Below the pieces are notes generated by a model. The model was given only the letters and a program-made list of their open reading frames with translations, searched no databases and had not been told where the DNA came from. Shown in pieces: positions 58,389-64,000 of a stretch of DNA of 64,000 nt. A program made the translations under genes and the position numbers. Every line of letters starts with the position of its first letter. The stretch's first letter is position 1. The stretch is from Eledone cirrhosa (Eukaryota): the NCBI GenBank assembly GCA_964016885.1, contig OZ024749.1:6138001-6202000 (forward strand), in the 5' to 3' direction.

Positions 58389-58544
58389 TATTTATATATA
58401 TATATATATTGGAATAAATGCTCTGAAATAGCGATATATATGTGAATATAGACATAGAATATTCGAAAATATTCTGTATGTTTATAATAAACATTTTGAA
58501 GACCTAATCGCTATAGAATAGAATACGTCACGTATTACAATTAG

Positions 58545-58634
58545 ATTCTCGATAAAAGCAAGGGAAGTAAATCTACGCGTTTCATTCTTATTAGAAATCG
58601 TCAGGACTACATATCCAGTGCTTTCATCGAGAAT
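58545..58634 (-). ncRNA. Type I hammerhead ribozyme (leftmost - strand copy; 6 copies on -)
   Basis: Reverse complement of the motif at 60390-60479. Predicted cleavage nucleotides are 58574, 58885, 59196, 59507, 59818 and 60129. Confidence 0.8.
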
Positions 58635-60389
58635 GACACAGCTAGAGACTTATAGAATACTTAGCTGTGTACAGGAACTGGTTTGAAAGAGCGGTTGCCG
58701 GTCCGGCAGAAATTAGAAATTGGAATAAATGCTCTGAAATAGCGATATATATGTGAATATAGACATAGAATATTCGAAAATATTCTGTATGTTTATAATA
58801 AACATTTTGAAGACCTAATCGCTATAGAATAGAATACGTCACGTATTACAATTAGATTCTCGATAAAAGCAAGGGAAGTAAATCTACGCGTTTCATTCTT
58901 ATTAGAAATCGTCAGGACTACATATCCAGTGCTTTCATCGAGAATGACACAGCTAGAGACTTATAGAATACTTAGCTGTGTACAGGAACTGGTTTGAAAG
59001 AGCGGTTGCCGGTCCGGCAGAAATTAGAAATTGGAATAAATGCTCTGAAATAGCGATATATATGTGAATATAGACATAGAATATTCGAAAATATTCTGTA
59101 TGTTTATAATAAACATTTTGAAGACCTAATCGCTATAGAATAGAATACGTCACGTATTACAATTAGATTCTCGATAAAAGCAAGGGAAGTAAATCTACGC
59201 GTTTCATTCTTATTAGAAATCGTCAGGACTACATATCCAGTGCTTTCATCGAGAATGACACAGCTAGAGACTTATAGAATACTTAGCTGTGTACAGGAAC
59301 TGGTTTGAAAGAGCGGTTGCCGGTCCGGCAGAAATTAGAAATTGGAATAAATGCTCTGAAATAGCGATATATATGTGAATATAGACATAGAATATTCGAA
59401 AATATTCTGTATGTTTATAATAAACATTTTGAAGACCTAATCGCTATAGAATAGAATACGTCACGTATTACAATTAGATTCTCGATAAAAGCAAGGGAAG
59501 TAAATCTACGCGTTTCATTCTTATTAGAAATCGTCAGGACTACATATCCAGTGCTTTCATCGAGAATGACACAGCTAGAGACTTATAGAATACTTAGCTG
59601 TGTACAGGAACTGGTTTGAAAGAGCGGTTGCCGGTCCGGCAGAAATTAGAAATTGGAATAAATGCTCTGAAATAGCGATATATATGTGAATATAGACATA
59701 GAATATTCGAAAATATTCTGTATGTTTATAATAAACATTTTGAAGACCTAATCGCTATAGAATAGAATACGTCACGTATTACAATTAGATTCTCGATAAA
59801 AGCAAGGGAAGTAAATCTACGCGTTTCATTCTTATTAGAAATCGTCAGGACTACATATCCAGTGCTTTCATCGAGAATGACACAGCTAGAGACTTATAGA
59901 ATACTTAGCTGTGTACAGGAACTGGTTTGAAAGAGCGGTTGCCGGTCCGGCAGAAATTAGAAATTGGAATAAATGCTCTGAAATAGCGATATATATGTGA
60001 ATATAGACATAGAATATTCGAAAATATTCTGTATGTTTATAATAAACATTTTGAAGACCTAATCGCTATAGAATAGAATACGTCACGTATTACAATTAGA
60101 TTCTCGATAAAAGCAAGGGAAGTAAATCTACGCGTTTCATTCTTATTAGAAATCGTCAGGACTACATATCCAGTGCTTTCATCGAGAATGACACAGCTAG
60201 AGACTTATAGAATACTTAGCTGTGTACAGGAACTGGTTTGAAAGAGCGGTTGCCGGTCCGGCAGAAATTAGAAATTGGAATAAATGCTCTGAAATAGCGA
60301 TATATATGTGAATATAGACATAGAATATTCGAAAATATTCTGTATGTTTATAATAAACATTTTGAAGACCTAATCGCTATAGCTGTGTC

Positions 60390-60479
60390 ATTCTCGATGA
60401 AAGCACTGGATATGTAGTCCTGACGATTTCTAATAAGAATGAAACGCGTAGATTTACTTCCCTTGCTTTTATCGAGAAT
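60390..60479 (+). ncRNA. Type I hammerhead ribozyme (first + strand copy; repeated every 311 bp, 6 copies on +)
   Basis: ATTCTCGATGAAAGCA..GTAGTC-CTGACGA-T-TTCT-AATA-AGAA-T-GAAAC-GC-GTA/GATTTAC..TGCTTTTATCGAGAAT. It has CUGANGA and GAAA cores, a 4-bp stem II, palindromic stem III ACGCGT, a GUA site (cut after 60450) and a 16-bp distal stem I. Confidence 0.8.
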
Positions 60480-62279
60480 CTAATTGTAATACGTGACGTA
60501 TTCTATTCTATAGCGATTAGGTCTTCAAAATGTTTATTATAAACATACAGAATATTTTCGAATATTCTATGTCTATATTCACATATATATCGCTATTTCA
60601 GAGCATTTATTCCAATTTCTAATTTCTGCCGGACCGGCAACCGCTCTTTCAAACCAGTTCCTGTACACAGCTAAGTATTCTATAAGTCTCTAGCTGTGTC
60701 ATTCTCGATGAAAGCACTGGATATGTAGTCCTGACGATTTCTAATAAGAATGAAACGCGTAGATTTACTTCCCTTGCTTTTATCGAGAATCTAATTGTAA
60801 TACGTGACGTATTCTATTCTATAGCGATTAGGTCTTCAAAATGTTTATTATAAACATACAGAATATTTTCGAATATTCTATGTCTATATTCACATATATA
60901 TCGCTATTTCAGAGCATTTATTCCAATTTCTAATTTCTGCCGGACCGGCAACCGCTCTTTCAAACCAGTTCCTGTACACAGCTAAGTATTCTATAAGTCT
61001 CTAGCTGTGTCATTCTCGATGAAAGCACTGGATATGTAGTCCTGACGATTTCTAATAAGAATGAAACGCGTAGATTTACTTCCCTTGCTTTTATCGAGAA
61101 TCTAATTGTAATACGTGACGTATTCTATTCTATAGCGATTAGGTCTTCAAAATGTTTATTATAAACATACAGAATATTTTCGAATATTCTATGTCTATAT
61201 TCACATATATATCGCTATTTCAGAGCATTTATTCCAATTTCTAATTTCTGCCGGACCGGCAACCGCTCTTTCAAACCAGTTCCTGTACACAGCTAAGTAT
61301 TCTATAAGTCTCTAGCTGTGTCATTCTCGATGAAAGCACTGGATATGTAGTCCTGACGATTTCTAATAAGAATGAAACGCGTAGATTTACTTCCCTTGCT
61401 TTTATCGAGAATCTAATTGTAATACGTGACGTATTCTATTCTATAGCGATTAGGTCTTCAAAATGTTTATTATAAACATACAGAATATTTTCGAATATTC
61501 TATGTCTATATTCACATATATATCGCTATTTCAGAGCATTTATTCCAATTTCTAATTTCTGCCGGACCGGCAACCGCTCTTTCAAACCAGTTCCTGTACA
61601 CAGCTAAGTATTCTATAAGTCTCTAGCTGTGTCATTCTCGATGAAAGCACTGGATATGTAGTCCTGACGATTTCTAATAAGAATGAAACGCGTAGATTTA
61701 CTTCCCTTGCTTTTATCGAGAATCTAATTGTAATACGTGACGTATTCTATTCTATAGCGATTAGGTCTTCAAAATGTTTATTATAAACATACAGAATATT
61801 TTCGAATATTCTATGTCTATATTCACATATATATCGCTATTTCAGAGCATTTATTCCAATTTCTAATTTCTGCCGGACCGGCAACCGCTCTTTCAAACCA
61901 GTTCCTGTACACAGCTAAGTATTCTATAAGTCTCTAGCTGTGTCATTCTCGATGAAAGCACTGGATATGTAGTCCTGACGATTTCTAATAAGAATGAAAC
62001 GCGTAGATTTACTTCCCTTGCTTTTATCGAGAATCTAATTGTAATACGTGACGTATTCTATTCTATAGCGATTAGGTCTTCAAAATGTTTATTATAAACA
62101 TACAGAATATTTTCGAATATTCTATGTCTATATTCATATATATATATATATATACATATACATATCTGTGTTTATCTCTCTTTTATATTCAATTATATTA
62201 CAAGGCCCGAAAACATTTCTTTCCTTGAACTATTTAATTGTGAGAGACTATTTTGAGTATCTAACTCTATATATGCCTT

Positions 62280-62328
<49 letters not shown>

Positions 62329-62474
62329 CCACACAGATATATGCATAACTCATACATTTTCATATTTAACACAATAAAACTTTAAAACACACATTTAAAC
62401 ATACACATACACTCACACAAAATATTGACATTAATACACACACTTCACTATGTGTTCCTATATCGTTACCATGC

Positions 62475-62863
62475 AGGCGCATGGCTTAGTGGTTAGAGTA
62501 TTGGGCTTGCAATCGAAAGGTTGTGAGTTCAATTCTCAGACCGGGTGATGTGTTGTTTTCTTGAGCAAGACATTTTATTTCACATTGCTCCAGTTTACTC
62601 AGCTATAGAAATGAGATGATAGGGACTGGGGTCCCTATCATTCCACTGCAAAGTGGTCGTGGAGGTGCCACGGCAAAAAAAAAAGCAATTAGAACACATG
62701 TATACTTATATCGGTGTTCATCCCTCTCATATATCCACTTATATTACATGGCTCGGAAGGATTCCTTGTGTGGAAGGGCATCCAGCTGTAGAAATCAAGC
62801 CAGAATCAGTTCCCAACCCACCCTTGCTAGCAGGGAAAAGCAGGCGTAAAATGATGATGATGA
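62475..62863 (+). mobile_element. SINE A with internal replacement (about 62687-62770)
   Basis: Head and tail match the family, and the middle is foreign sequence. Confidence 0.85.
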
Positions 62864-63078
62864 TGGCTACCTAACAGTTTGTCTTCATTATTCTTTTTAT
62901 TTTCGGTTGTTTTTTTACTTGGACTACCTTTTATTTTCTGTATCTATCTTTTGTGATCCTGTCTCTATGTCTGTACTCCTGAAGCAGGTCTAAAACCAGA
63001 CATGCTGAACTTTCTTTCCCCATTTCCATATAAAGCGTGAAACTAAGACTTTTTGTACCTCTGTTTGTTGTCTCTTTG

Positions 63079-63116
<38 letters not shown>

Positions 63117-63127
63117 GTCTAATTCAC

Positions 63128-63780
63128 CATCATTTTACGTCCACTTTTTCCCTGCTTGCAAGGGTGGGACGGGAACTGATGCTGGCTTGATTTCTACAGC
63201 TGGATGCCCTTCCTAACACCAACATCGTTTACAGTGAGTGCTGGGTGCTTTTTTGCCGTGGCACCTCCACGACCACTTTGCAGTGGAATGATAGGGACCC
63301 CAGTCCCTATCATCTTATTTCTACAGCTGAGTAAACTGGAGCAATGTGAAACAACACATCTCCCGGTCTGAGAATTGAACTCACAACCTTTCGATTGCAA
63401 GCCCAATGCTCTAACCACTAAGTCATGTGCCTGGAGCAACGTGAAATAAAGTCTATTGCTCAAGGAAACAACACATCACCCAGTTCGAGAATTGAACTCA
63501 CAACCTTTCGATTGCAAGGCCAATGCTCTAACCACTAAGTCATGTGCCTGGAGCAACGTGAAATAAAGTCTATTGCTCAAGGAAACAACACATCACCCAG
63601 TTCGAGAATTGAACTCACAACCTTTCGATTGCAAGCCCAGTGCTCTAACCACTAAGTCATGTGCCTGGAGCAACGTGAAATAAAGTCTATTGCTCAAGGA
63701 AACAACACATCACCCAGTTCGAGAATTGAACTCACAACCTTTCGATTGCAAGGCCAATGCTCTAACAATATGTGCCTCCA
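63128..63780 (-). mobile_element. SINE A with tandemly multiplied 117-bp tRNA-like head
   Basis: AGTCATGTGCCTGGAGCAACG at 63421, 63538 and 63655, giving four heads in total. Confidence 0.88.
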
Positions 63781-64000
63781 TTTAAATATATACATATGTA
63801 CCTGAGTGTGTAAGAAATCAATAAGAAATACTTATCTTTAAACTTCAAAGCAATGTTTCAACACGACAACAACAACAACCATAATGAGATAAGTGTTTCA
63901 AATGTTCTTCTGTATCATAGTAATTTAATGAGGAACTTTCAACCTGAATAATTACCCTTTCGGTTTGATTGTGTATATATTTATGTAAGTATGTATGTAT

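Larger units (their letters stand above)
58408..62136. repeat. Inverted (divergent) tandem array of 311-bp hammerhead-containing monomers, retrozyme-like
   Basis: The unit start TTGGAATAAATGCTCTG recurs at 58409, 58720, 59031, 59342, 59653, 59964 and 60275 (period 311, about 6.3 copies). From 60380 the reverse complement runs with the same period (60380, 60691, 61002, 61313, 61624, 61935) to 62136 (about 5.6 copies). Both ends abut (TA)n. Confidence 0.97.

Noticed and set aside
58408-62136. 5S rRNA, snRNA or spliced-leader gene array
   Set aside because: I found no recognisable 5S, U snRNA or SL sequence in the unit. The hammerhead interpretation explains it better.

Overview
This is a repeat-dominated, AT-rich eukaryotic (animal) window. 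The SINE/LINE complement looks octopus/cephalopod-like, which is my inference. I found no convincing host protein-coding gene: nearly all long ORFs are microsatellite translations, and the real protein similarity comes from decayed RTE-clade LINE 3' ends and two mariner transposase remnants. The window also holds two tRNA-derived SINE families (over 20 copies), a TTAA-flanked piggyBac-type MITE and several minisatellites. The standout is 58408-62136, about 12 apparently identical 311-bp monomers arranged as two divergent arms inside a (TA)n tract. Each full monomer carries a predicted type I hammerhead ribozyme, so this looks like a retrozyme-type (small circular RNA) concatemer. Further, sequence-distinct hammerhead motifs occur in short foldback or duplicated elements next to (TA)n tracts, one pair with a compensatory base change. 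This points to a Penelope-like, ribozyme-bearing retroelement system. All folds were done by eye and none is experimentally tested.
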